Shown: one piece after another, positions 26,915-39,322 of the stretch
How positions within the stretch are numbered: position 1 is the stretch's first letter
Layout: each line of letters starts with the position of its first letter
Source: Adineta vaga
Lineage: Eukaryota > Animalia > Rotifera
Length of the DNA stretch: 64,000 bases
Assembly (NCBI GenBank): GCA_021613535.1
Contig: CP075496.1
Span: forward strand, 5,394,001 to 5,458,000
Direction of reading: 5' to 3'
Program-made: the position numbers and the translations under genes
The notes under the pieces: generated by a model
Databases searched by the model: none
Told to the model about the DNA's origin: nothing
The model's input: only the letters and a program-made list of their open reading frames with translations

Positions 26915-28814
26915 TTTAATTAACACGCGAATTGACAATCAAAGTTAGGAGAAAAACAAAACATAAGATATCATTGAATTTCAAATGTATATATGTTTAA
27001 AAAGATAAGTCCTTATCTTTATTTAAATTTCAAAATGAGAAGTAACATGTTTCTGTCTTTCTTGTTTATACAAGAATATCATTATACTAGTGTTATATAC
27101 ATAAGTATATATATATTTATATATAGAAGTGCAAAACATTACTTTTCACTCTCTTCCATTGTTTGTTTGTTTGTTTGTTTTTTTTGTCATAAAATTTGTT
27201 CTCGTTGCATCATGTTTTTCTTCGTTGTGTCAATGTCATTCATTTATTTTTCTATATGATTACATGATAGTACGATGACACAGTGAAAATCTTTGTTTTG
27301 TTCTTCTTTGCTTTAAGCGTTCCTTGTACGTCCGATGATTCTTAAATAATCATTTTGACGATATACAAATATATAGTTTTTTTTTCTTTCTTTTGTTTCA
27401 TATTTTATTCAATATTTATAGGTGCATTCAAAGATGTGCGATGATTGTAATGAACAGAAACATTTTACCATCTTTTCTTTCCTTCTCAGTTCAAGATTAA
27501 TAAAGTATGAACTAAAGATATAGAACTCTATTTTATTGACAAACCAACTTCTACTATGAAGATAATAAGTTGTGAAATTATATTCGATGAATAGATTGTT
27601 TAGTTTTTGTTTATAATAAGTGTTACAAGGAAACGAAAGTAAAGGTTTGGTTTTATTTTCGTCGGGGAATATACGAAATTATGAAGCGAATCAATGCCAA
27701 ACTTTCCGATTACTATCATTATCTTCAAGGGTGAGCATTTTCACGCCTTAGAATAGTTTTATTAATTAAATCATTGTTTATTTGTTTTTCCGTTCTACTT
27801 CATTTCGTCCAAATAACTAATTCAATATGATATTGAGTAATAAATATGTATAAAAGGAAAAAAAATCATTACAGATTAAGGTTATTTTCAGACGATGTTT
27901 ACATTCATTAAATGTTGACGTAAAAAAATCAAATTTAGATTAATCTATACATCCATCTGTAAAATAATTTATTACCTTGATCATTTTTCAGACAGGACAT
28001 TTTCCCTTGATAGTACAAATACGTTTAATATAGTAGGTACTTTACAACTAAGTCAATGACAGAAAATCTATCATTTTTAAACTGTCAATATATTGATATA
28101 ATGGAAAACGAATCGACGAAAATCGTATATAAATAAATGAAAAAAGTTACGTATTTAGTACGGTTATTTATATAAATTTGAAGGTTGCGAAAGAATATCG
28201 AAGCTACGCTTATTGGTCTCGCTGTTCATCATCTTTTTTTTCTTGCTCTGTTCGATAAATTCAATTCAACTATAGGAGTATAATGCAATATATGCATAAA
28301 TATATGTATAGATACATATGGACAGATGTATGTGTGTGCATGTGTATATGCAAAACTGAACGATGAATGTAACTGGATGTCGTCGTCTCGGTTAAGTTGA
28401 ATTTCATTTGGTAAAGTCTTTTCGAGGGACACTTTAAAGCACTCATTCGAGCGTGTCCATGAGACAAACGAAACGAAACGAATGAATAGAAATGGTTGTC
28501 ACTTTACAAATAAGAAGCCACTCTCGTTTACCATCGCTACTATCAATGATCCTCACCTATATATCGGCTTTTTTTTCTTCGTCTATCTCCCTCTCTCTCT
28601 CTCCTACTCTCTGTTTCATTTTTCTTCTTCTCTAACGAGAGAAATAAACATTGATGCTTTTATAAATCATATTTTATCATCGTCGTTATATTCATGTTAT
28701 AGTCATTACTTTTTCTTTTCGTTTTTTTTATTGTTCCGATCAATGAAAAAAATTAGATGTACAATCAATCGAATATATTGATCTAGTTAGTTTCCTTTTC
28801 TATCATTACAGAAT

Positions 28815-28940
28815 ATGCCGACAAGCGTTCGTTATGGTTCTGTACAACCGCCTCAGCAACCATCACCATCAATTCATTATACTTATCCTTCTCAACCACA
28901 ACAGCAACATCCGCTACAACATCAGCAACAACAGCAGCAG

Positions 28941-28980
<40 letters not shown>

Positions 28981-31834
28981 TACAACAGCAGCAGCAGCAG
29001 CAACAACAACAACAATCAGCAACATTACATCATCGTCATCATTACCATCATCATCATACTTCACTTCGTTCATCACCAACATTTCAAAACCATAATTTAT
29101 CATCCTATTCCAATCATCGATTGAATTCAAATAATAATAATATACATACTCAACCAACATCATCATCAACACCATCATTATCATCAAATCAATCTTCAGC
29201 TTATTTTCTCGATCGTGTTGATTTAGAAAATTATACAACACATACATTAAAACAAACTGTTGAGAATATTTTATCAAAAACAAAATCGAAAGGTTTGAAT
29301 AAACAAAACGAAATATACACTATATAATCGATAATTGTATAATTTATTCTATTAGGTTTAAAGGTTAAATTATCATTACCTGATGATGGTCTAATTATTG
29401 ATAATATAACTGATCCTTCTCAATCATGGATATTTAAAACACCGGAATTATTATATTTTTGGCGTGATCCGTATTATATGAATATCATTGTTGTTGTAAC
29501 TATCAATCGATCACGACATCATATAAATCAACCGTATTCAGCATCGATATTTCGTTTACGTGGTACTGATTCTGCTCAAGCATTTCTTCAACAAGCCCAA
29601 CGATTCTTCGTTAACCTATCCGGATCTGTCAGTGCTTCAAGTGTAGCGAAACCAATTAGATATAAATCAGTTGATAAGCAAACACGAGATGAAACTCGCA
29701 GTATTGATCATAATACGTTAACAAACCATAAAACAAAAACGAAATCACTTTCAATTATTAACGAACAATCTGGTTATACAACGAAAACATCATCAAACCG
29801 TCATCAATCATCTCCACCACCTGCGTCATCATCTACAACAATTCGACGTGTAACACGTGCAGAATTTGATCCAGGTAAATCATCAACAAATGATTCAACA
29901 GGCGGTATAAAAGATAATCGAACATATAGTGAAACCGCTTCATCAGTTGATTCTCAAACAACGAATTCAACGAAAGAAATGTTATCTTATGCAAAGAAAC
30001 ATATGCATGATGATGACGATGATAAAATGACAACAATTAGCAATAATTTATCAGGTGATCAAATAGCAGAATTAATGCGTGAATTAAAAGAATTACGAAA
30101 TGAAATTGCTTCATTAAAATTAGAAAAGAGAATTTCACATGATACACGTTCAATGAGCACCAGTCCATTAGCTGGTAAAATGCAAAAAACAAAAACAATA
30201 TTAGATACGTCAAAGACGACAACAACAACAACAACTTCGTCATCATCATTTCCTGATATCACATCTCAATCAGAAGTTGATGCTGAAACACAAACAGATT
30301 TCAGTTTAATTAATCATCGACGACGACAATTATTAAAAAAGAATAAAAAAACTATGATTGGTTCAGGTGTTGTTTCGACTTTAAGCAAGAAATCTGCACA
30401 ACAATCAACTGTACGAAATGGTCGAAGAACATTTTCGAATAGTTCAACAAATACTGTTTCAGATCAAGAAGGTAAATATTAATCATAAGAAAAGAAAAAG
30501 AATCAATTTTATCAATGTAGATTTGTGTCATACGTTTCTCCTCACTTTTACATAGATATTTGATTAGAAAAAAAACACTTGTTGTCTTTTTCATTCATTT
30601 ATAACGCGTAATAAATCTGGAAAAAAACCGCCAATACGATCCAAAATATAAACGATTTCTCGATTTTTTTCCATAACTAAAATTTACTTTTTTTTGTATA
30701 TATTCTTGATAAACTAAGATAGTATATGAGAAAACAAACGTCATCTTTTATATAGAAGCAGCACCGACTCTTTCTTCTCAAGTGAATGATCTGCCAAATG
30801 ATAATCCATCTGCTTCACTTAATCAACAATCCTATCAACCAGTAATCTTATCAGCACCACCTCGGCCTGTTTTAGTAAGAAGTCAAAATAAATTTGTTTC
30901 TTTAAATAATTTAACAGCTTATAAAATGACGAATGGCAATCAAATAGTACCCAATTCCAATTCGGTTGAAGAAGGTCTATCATCACATGGTTTACCAGTG
31001 ACTCTCGAGAAAGAAATTGATCATTTTCTTTCTACTAATATTCCTACTTCGAATACCGATCTTCTTGGACCTCAATTACCAATGATTAAAGTAGGAGGTA
31101 CTAGTTTTCGTGCACCATCCGAAAACATGAAACCTCCTACGGATCATATCTATGAAAATGTACCTATTTTGATACAACCAAAAGGAAAACGAGAATCTTT
31201 TTATAACATACCGATTATTAATGTTGATGATCAACAGCAACAATCACAGCAGCAACATCAACAACAACAGAATCCAACAGAAGGTTATATTTATTATACA
31301 CTTACAAATAATAAAACTGAACATGAATCTCAACAACAATATCTTATGCAAGGACAAATGCTTGCTGATTCACCTCCGACTAATGATAGTAATATGGGTG
31401 ATGCTCAAGTACAATCATTACAGTATCAACCACAAAAACCACAAATAATATCTGTTGGTCGTCATCGTAATCAACCGATTTATTTTGCTAATCATTTAAC
31501 AAATCCGATATTTAATGTTGACAAACAATTATTAACCAATACAATTGCAAATCAATTTGGCGTTGACCTTAATTCTCCACAATTACAACAATTAATTTCA
31601 AATCAACATATATTTGCCACACGTAAGCGTACATTTGCTAACATGGTTTGGCAATTAACACCTGATGAAGAAACGGCTCTTTGTTCATCACCTGTTACAA
31701 TTCAAACCGATGTGATTGATGTAGATATAACAGAAACGAATACTATTACTTCTCGATCAATATTAAAAGCAACAAAACGTTTTCGTCCAACAGCTAAAAG
31801 ACGAAGTATTAGTTGGGATACGACCTTAGAATAG
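28815..31834 (+). CDS. PolyQ / PTB-like domain scaffold protein with coiled coil and C-terminal PP1-docking motifs (3 exons; introns ~29293-29355, 30472-30755)
   Basis: N-terminal polyQ/polyH. PTB-like segment FLDRVDL..LKQTVENIL..KVKLSLPDDGLII..LLYFWRD..IIVVVT..SASIFRL..AQAFLQQAQRFF. Heptad IAELMRELKELRNEIASLKLE. Long open frames with gene-like codon use. Confidence 0.75.
28923..29015 (+). repeat. Coding CAG/CAA trinucleotide repeat (polyglutamine, ~30 Q with one Leu)
   Basis: Seen directly. It also explains the poly-S and poly-A/V shadow ORFs in other frames. Confidence 0.95.
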
Positions 31835-32639
31835 TCTTACTTTTTGTATATCTTTGTTGTTGTATTTGTTTTCTCCGACATATTTTTGTATTATTCTTTA
31901 GGATAATCATTATTGAAGAAGAAAAAAAGTATTTATTATTCTTAATGTAATAAATATCTTTCATCTAATCAATAAGTAATTGTCATCATATGTTCGAAAG
32001 TATATTACTTATGATTGCTATGATTTTATTCGTAACTATGAATTGGAATAAATCTTACGTTGTAAATGAGCACATCAGTGAAAGAAAAGTAAGTAGAGAG
32101 AAATATCGTTTATGAGTAGTTGTATTATCTTTATTTTATATCGACATCTATGATTAGAAATGTTAATGAATAGCTATAAATAAGATATCGATAAAATCAG
32201 TTGAAAAGAAGTGTTATTTTTAATTATCGTAAGAAGATTTAACAAAAATGATTGTTAATGAGTATAAAACGGATAAGGAGAATATTGTCTTTGATAAAAA
32301 AAATCCTCAATAAGAATGTGATGATGATGATCGAAAAGTCAAATCATTTTTTGATTTTGCTTTGATCGAAGTAGACGATGAATTTGATAATAATCCTTTT
32401 GAGTTATAGCGACTGATATGAATGATTCTTTTGTTCAAATATTGAATAATCGATGTAGACGAAATGATACTAAGATATATTTAACACTCATTCAACCAGT
32501 ATTAGATCAGTTTTTTACTTCAGTTTCGAAAAATAAGTACATCAGTAGTTAAAGATATTCGTATATAGCAATCTAATCACGTTTATATCTCAATTTATTT
32601 CATAAATCATTTTAAAATTCTGGTAAATGCGTGATGTGA

Positions 32640-35600
32640 TTATAGAGTTGTTGATAACAATGGTGGATTTTGAATAGCTAACTCATGTGTCGTATGAGAC
32701 TAAATACAGATAGGAAATAGATTTGTATTTAGAAAACATATTCTTATGAATGAAAAAACTTACCGAATATAATAATTTGTAAAGTTCTACTGATGCCGCT
32801 CGATAACTATTGCGTCGAATGACCAATATGCACGATAATAAACTAAAAGAAAAATTGAACATATTTATTTAATTCCTCCCATCAATACGATTCTCTATTT
32901 ACATCAATATCAATACGAATGGAACAATAACGACTGCACTTGTTAGTTTAAATAGAAGTTTGACTAAAATTCGATTTTGAACTTGTGAAAAAACATTGCG
33001 AACAGAATAATAGATATAAAAATCAGGTTCATGACTGAACAAACGAAATGGACCACAACCACGTGATGGTCGAAGTCTAATGAAAGCCCATCGAATGAAT
33101 TATTCATCTTTAAAAAAACAAAAACTTACGATGTTGCAAGAAATGTGATTGGTAACAGAGCCCAAACAAATGAAAAGAGCAGGACACTTGTAAATATAAA
33201 TTGAGCTCGAGCCGGACTTAATTCTAGTGGTGATCTTCTTCGAAATACAGCTAAACTTAACTAAAACACAATCAAAGATTAACTATATAGAATATCGGTT
33301 AAATGTTTCTACTAACCCATTTTACAGCAAAGATAAGTACATTCTTTACGGCTGCAATCAATGGTAGGTATGGACAGAAAAGTAATCCATGCCTAGAGAA
33401 AAATGAAATACAGATTATTTCAAATATGAATCTTTCGTTTCATAAACTCACCAACATAATGTTTGAGTGTATGTTAAATCGAGAACATAATCTCCAACTT
33501 CAAATTCTAATGGTTGAAAAAGAAACCAAGTATTGGGTGCTGCATGATATTTTATTGTAGTTCCATCTTCTTCTACGACTCGTTCAGGAAAACAACAACG
33601 TCTTAAAAGACTAAACAAAAACAAATAAAATTCCTTCTACAAACCGTATACTCAACCTTCGTATTGGATCAACAATCAGATGTACAATTAGCATTACAGC
33701 TGTATCACTTATAACCAATCGATAAATAACTTGACCAATAAGAGTTTCCCAACACTACATAACAAATAGAGAATTTTTCTTTTCGAAAAACATATTGTCT
33801 GTATTTACATGTATAAAAGTTGCTCTTCCTTTAATTTCTACACAACTAATCAATTCTGATTGTCTTCCACAATGATTACTATTACATGTTATTTGTAAAA
33901 TAACAATAAAAACAAAAGTAAATAATAGAAGTAATCGCATAATAATAACTCTAATAAAAAAACAAAAAATTTCTATTTTTATTGATATCAATAAGATAAA
34001 TTATACCTGACTAAATAGTGTCGAACAGCTGTTGTTGGTGTATATAATTTAAAATCTTTCATAAAAGCAAAGACTAATTGTGATGTTAGATTAATAACTG
34101 ACACAACAATCGAAGGTAAATATTCCACGACCATATCCCGAAAACGACCTGATTCCGTTTCACCGTTATTCAATTCTTTCTTTGCTCTTTCCTTCAAAAT
34201 ATCATAATATGATCGAATCATGATTAAAAAATAAAAGCAAACTAAATACTAACTTGAAAAGCAAATCGATTGGTAAAATATAAAATTGTAATCGCACCGG
34301 CAAAGATAATGATAGTAACAAGCCATATACATATGCGTTTAATTTGAAAGAGAATTTTATCATTTGCACATTCAAATGTAAAATTGATTTTTTCATTTCG
34401 TTCAAAAAAAAGATTTCGTATTTCTGTACGAAAACGATTCTCATGTCGACGTGCAACAAATGCATTTACGGAACGATAATCCCATCGAGCAAATATATAT
34501 TGAAATAGATTGTTTTCAAAGGATTCATTTTGTACATAACTTTGTCGCATTCCATCACCAAACCTAAAAGAATAATTTAAAAGTGAATTTCTTTCTTTTG
34601 TTTTCAATTCATAGTTACTTTCGAACAATGATAATTCCTGTTATCAAAAGACAAATAAATACTGTAAGAAAAACAGCTAAACCCATATTGTATGTTTGAA
34701 CATAGGAATCATTATCAGTTGATCTCGTTAAATTTCGATAATAACCAATAAATAGTCGATTGAGAGTCAGAAATCCCTTGAAATTGAAGGCAAAAATTTC
34801 AAGAATACCAATTCTAATCAATACTTACACTTCCATCGATAAGATCAATCATAAATTCAGTCCAATGATTCTCACTTTCACTCGATGAATTAACAAAAAA
34901 TGATTGAGTATGCAATGAACAACAACTACTCGCTGTAAATGTATTATTAATACATGTTCCATATACATTTGAACCTTCATCTGATATCGGTTTATTAAGA
35001 AGTTTACATTGAGGATCTGATAGAGTACAAATATCATTTGATGTATTATCTCGTGAACCACCATGGTTTTGATAGTATTCATTCATTGCATAGGAAGAAA
35101 ATTCAATTGAATTTGGATAAATATGAGTAGGCATTATTATACAGAAAAAACAAAGAATAAACGTAAAAATATTCAAGTAGAATAACCAAATAATAAATTG
35201 AAAATAAGAACGAATAGTAAAGCCACTACGATCTAGAATATCGAGAAAAAAAAACAAATTTTGAACTTCAATGATCAGATGAACATACGTTCGATAAAAT
35301 TCAGTAACAATCGAACTGGTGATGGAAGTTTTGAAAATAATTTGTTGAATTTTGTTGTTATTGATTCTTTTGTCTGTTAATAGATAAAGATTTGGATCGA
35401 TATGTACAAAATTATTTTTACCTTTTTAATACTATGTTCATCGACAGAAGCAACAACTTTTGCCCTATGAACAATGAATTCTAAATCATTTGTATTTTTT
35501 CAAAGAATTAATTTGTATTTTACCAGTCTTTTCGTTTTTTTGTTTTAATAATTTTTAATAAGGGTGATTCACGACCGTTTCATGTTCCTTTGAATATTAT

Positions 35601-35800
35601 CATATATTTTTCTTTAATGAAAAAATACATTTATCATTTCCTACCGGTTCAATTGATGGAAGAGAAATAAAAACTGCTTTATTAGTATTTGCTGAGGATG
35701 GGATTGCATCAAGTTCTGTTGTATCGATGTCTTCCGAAGATGAACTTTTTCGAGTATGTCGATGATGATGTCTTCGTATCGCCTGTTTTTTCGACGTCAT
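32640..35800 (-). CDS. Transmembrane channel-like (TMC) protein
   Basis: Spliced motifs: GFTIRSYFQFIIWLFYLN, GFLTLNRLFIGYY, YIFARWDY, CWETLIGQVIYRL (TMC signature), EFEVGDYVLDLTYTQTLCW, GLLFCPYLP, LRPSRGCGPF. Likely ATG at 35800 (MTSKKQ). Stop TAA 32640-32642 after ...LLSTTL. Confidence 0.9.
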
Positions 35801-36179
35801 TTTCTTATAGATTCGTCGAAATTGTGAATTATTTTTTGTTGTACAACACAATAAAGATCTTATCACATATATTAAGTATATTCTGTTGACAAAAAATATT
35901 CACGGAGTACTTCTTTCTACCTTTCTCTTTTATTTCACTGTAGCTTATATGAAATATCTTATCAGTAATGTTACTGACTCATCAGAGAACAGTTTATGTC
36001 CGAATGTAAAACAAAGTAATAAAAATATATCATGATTTGACTGAAATGATCTTTTATTCATACAAAACGTGAAATGAAAATAAGAATGAAAATATATCGA
36101 AGTTCTTGACTACGATTTTTTATGAAAAAATAAAATAACTAAATTTTTTATTGACTACAAGTCAAACAGAACGAATCAA

Positions 36180-36782
36180 TTACATTTTATATGTAGCCAC
36201 TTGGCAATTAGCTAAATATGAACTGTTGCCTCCTAAAAATTCCCATAAATAATCACCATGTGAAAAGACTGCAATACGTGTTTCGGGTCGTTCTTGTATA
36301 AAATGACGAAATTTCTCCATACGTGCCGATTGATATTGATGTGTTTCACTCGAACGTTTCTTATCATATTGCCACCACCATATTTCATCTTCAGGAACAT
36401 TTGTCCAATCGAATGATGTCGGAAATTTTGGTTGAACAACACTACGTTTTTGTCCACAACTATAATGTGATGAACAAACTTCTGCTATTTCAGGAAGAAC
36501 AAGCACCGATCCTGTATAAGATGGTGGTAAAGCATTTTGACATGTTTGTAGTGCTCGTGTTAATGGACTAACAACAACAAGATCAAGTTTTAAGGCTTCA
36601 AGTTGTTTTTGTAATCCTCTTGCTTGAGCAATACCTTGTTCTGTTAAACCAGCATCTCGGTAAGCAATAGATTCATCATAATCACGATTAGCAATTGACT
36701 GACCATGACGAATAAGAAACAATGTTTTTGTTGATGAGGATGTTGCTGATTGAGAGTCAGTTGTTTGCTTTTTTGCTGGCAT
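36180..36782 (-). CDS. Histidine phosphatase / phosphoglycerate mutase-like protein, intronless, 200 aa
   Basis: LFLIRHGQS..N, DAGLTEQGIAQA, VVVSPLTRALQT, IAVFSHGD, LANC. All catalytic R/H residues are present in a single exon. Confidence 0.93.
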   Translation of the reverse strand: MPAKKQTTDSQSATSSSTKTLFLIRHGQSIANRDYDESIAYRDAGLTEQGIAQARGLQKQLEALKLDLVVVSPLTRALQTCQNALPPSYTGSVLVLPEIAEVCSSHYSCGQKRSVVQPKFPTSFDWTNVPEDEIWWWQYDKKRSSETHQYQSARMEKFRHFIQERPETRIAVFSHGDYLWEFLGGNSSYLANCQVATYKM

Positions 36783-36788
36783 TATTAT

Positions 36789-37666
36789 CTACAAATGTAC
36801 ATTTTTATATATAGAAATTGTTAGATTAGAAAATAATGAAGGATCTAAAATGGAATCATCAGATGAGGAAGAATTTAAATTTTCTAATTGAGAACAAAGA
36901 TTGGAAATGGAATCATTATCATTTGATGACGATGAAGCACGATTTTTAAGTAGACGAATTAACTAAAGAAAAGAAAAAGAAAAAAAACTAAAGAATAGAT
37001 GAAAATCTTCTGAATTACTTCAAGTATTTCAGTTTTGATAGTTGGCGACGTTATGGTACGTTTTTCATTCATCATTGATTGTAAACGACTCAATGCAAGA
37101 GTTAACGGTGTTGCTCGAGATTTCGTAGCTGATAAGGTTGCACCAGCGCGGAGAAGAACACCAACAATCGCTACACGTCCACTAATACAAGCTAAATGTA
37201 ATGGAGTATTACCAAGCGTATCTTCAACATTCACATCGGCACCATGATCAATCAATGCTTTTGCTAGAAAATAATTATTGTCGATTGATTTCTTATTTTC
37301 TAAAAATTACCTATTGCAGCATCAAGTTTTGTAGAAGCAACATGCAAAGGAGTTCGATCATATTTATCAGCTATACGTGGATTAACGCCTAATTGAAGAA
37401 GATCAAGCACTAAAAAGATGCATTAATATTAAAATAAAATAATGAATGATGTGTCTCTTTCTTTACCTCGATCATAATCTTGAGCATTTACAGCATCGAT
37501 TAAATGATTTGATTCTGAAAGACGAAATCCTTTTCAATTCAATTAAGATTTCATTATGATCTGTACCTCGACTTCCATTGACAAGATTGGGTACCGTTGC
37601 TCGCCGAATTGATACACGTTCACGTCGGGAATCTCGAGTTTTTCCAAGACAATGTGAAGATGACAT
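36789..37666 (-). CDS. ANKRD54: Ankyrin repeat domain protein 54-like (5 exons)
   Basis: LIDAVNAQDYDRVLDLLQLGVNPRIADKYDRTPLHVA, LIDHGADVNVEDTLGNTPLHLAC, LLRAGA..TPLTLALSRL, then EILELIRLL..ISNLCSQL..LFSNLTI, which parallels the ANKRD54 C-terminal helices. Stop TAG 36789-36791. Confidence 0.8.
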
Positions 37667-38061
37667 TCAGTTTAGCTTAAGTTGAGAGATGAAATCCAGT
37701 TTGTATTGTATGTATGTGTATATGTTTGATTACAAACGATCAATAGAATAAACCAATCCAATGCGAGTAAATAGAAGAGAGGTCACTTTAAATTTGAAAG
37801 ATTTTATTTATATATATATAAAACGAATTATTTGACATGGACACTGATTCATATAAATAAAATTTCAATGAGAGAAGTAAATTAAGTTATATAATCTTTT
37901 ATAAATACTAATGAATTCAATCGAACCATTAGCACATATGACAACTTCATAATTTCCAAAGAAAAATCTATCTTTTTTCAAGTCTATATATATATATCTA
38001 ATGTTAACAATAAAATGAGACAAATGTAAAGTTTTTCCTATATTTTGATGATGAATCGAAT

Positions 38062-38583
38062 CTAAATTCTTACAACTAGTTCACCATTAATATGAACTAC
38101 ACGCATAGGTCGAGTTGACAGTCGTGATTCTTTCCATGTTGAATTATTTTTTAATTTAGAATTATTGCTTAATATTGATTTTACTGGTATTGATTTTTCA
38201 TTTTGATGATGATGATATGACTTAATCGTATTATAAATTGAAGGTTGTGATGATGTTGGTGTAAAATCAGTTGAAAATGGTAAAAATGATATTGAACGAT
38301 CTTTTTCTGCTTTTAGTTTTTCATAATCGAACGATTTCGTTTTTATAGATAAATTTGGTGTTGTTAAAAAGATATTTTCAATCGACGATTGATATCGTTT
38401 ATGATTATTTGCCATTGTTCGTGTTAATGTCCATGTTTGTTGTTGTTCATATGAACTTAAATATGGATAATTTGTTTTATTAACATTAACTACTGAATAA
38501 TAAGTACAGGCTTGTCGAGCTTGTAATTTATCATTTTCATGTGCTGATTGCTTCGTATACCATTCAGTATGTTCAAGTGGCAT
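38062..38583 (-). CDS. Uncharacterised single-exon protein, 173 aa
   Basis: ATG-initiated 522-nt open frame in AT-rich DNA, with composition like neighbouring genes. No recognised domain. Confidence 0.55.
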   Translation of the reverse strand: MPLEHTEWYTKQSAHENDKLQARQACTYYSVVNVNKTNYPYLSSYEQQQTWTLTRTMANNHKRYQSSIENIFLTTPNLSIKTKSFDYEKLKAEKDRSISFLPFSTDFTPTSSQPSIYNTIKSYHHHQNEKSIPVKSILSNNSKLKNNSTWKESRLSTRPMRVVHINGELVVRI

Positions 38584-39322
38584 GACAAGTTTTTCGAGAC
38601 GTAGACGTTAATCAAAATACAGTCGAATTTTTTTATAATCTTTATGCATACAAGTTCTTCATATAACGTAGACTAATAAAGAAGAAGAAGAAGTAATATG
38701 AGTATTAGAAAAAGACCAATTTCTTTCTCTCTCTCTCTCTCTCTGCCCGTCCTCTCTCCTTTCTTTCTCTTCTTCGATTAGGTATGGCATTTTTTATTTC
38801 TTCATTCATCAATATAATATTTAGTCCTACAAATCGTTATACATAAATTGCCTTAATACGGTATTCTATCATGAGTTGTACAATTATCCGCATCATTACA
38901 TCATAAAAAGAAAATGAAACGATGAACCAGTATACCAATTGAACCGACATCAATAAAATGTATCCTACAGCGAGACTACTAGTTCTGTTCTTTCATTCTT
39001 TTTTTTCGTCTACTTGTAAAAAGATCCGAACATATATATATATATACTTTATGATTATAAAGTCAAGAAGGACATTTCATTCATTTTTTTGCATAAAGAT
39101 ACAGACGATCTTCGAAAGAATTTGACATCTATACGTATTTGTTCTCGATAATAATTATAGAACACAAATATACAAAGAAAAACACAGAAGAAAATCACTT
39201 GAACAAGGTCGACGACTATGGTGAATTGATCATAAATATATAGACGTAGGAAAGAAAAACATTGAAATCAAAATTTTATAAATAAAAAAAAGAACGAAGA
39301 AAATCAATATTCTCAAATTATT

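Noticed and set aside
28783-29283. 166-aa minus-strand poly-Ala/Val ORF and 96-aa poly-Ser/Asn ORF
   Set aside because: Shadow frames of the CAG/CAA polyQ repeat in the real + strand gene.
35800-36180. Phosphatase-to-TMC gap as another operon junction
   Set aside because: The gap is 380 nt, has its own poly(A) signals, and contains a donor-like site (35920) upstream of the acceptor, so an independent TMC promoter is equally plausible.
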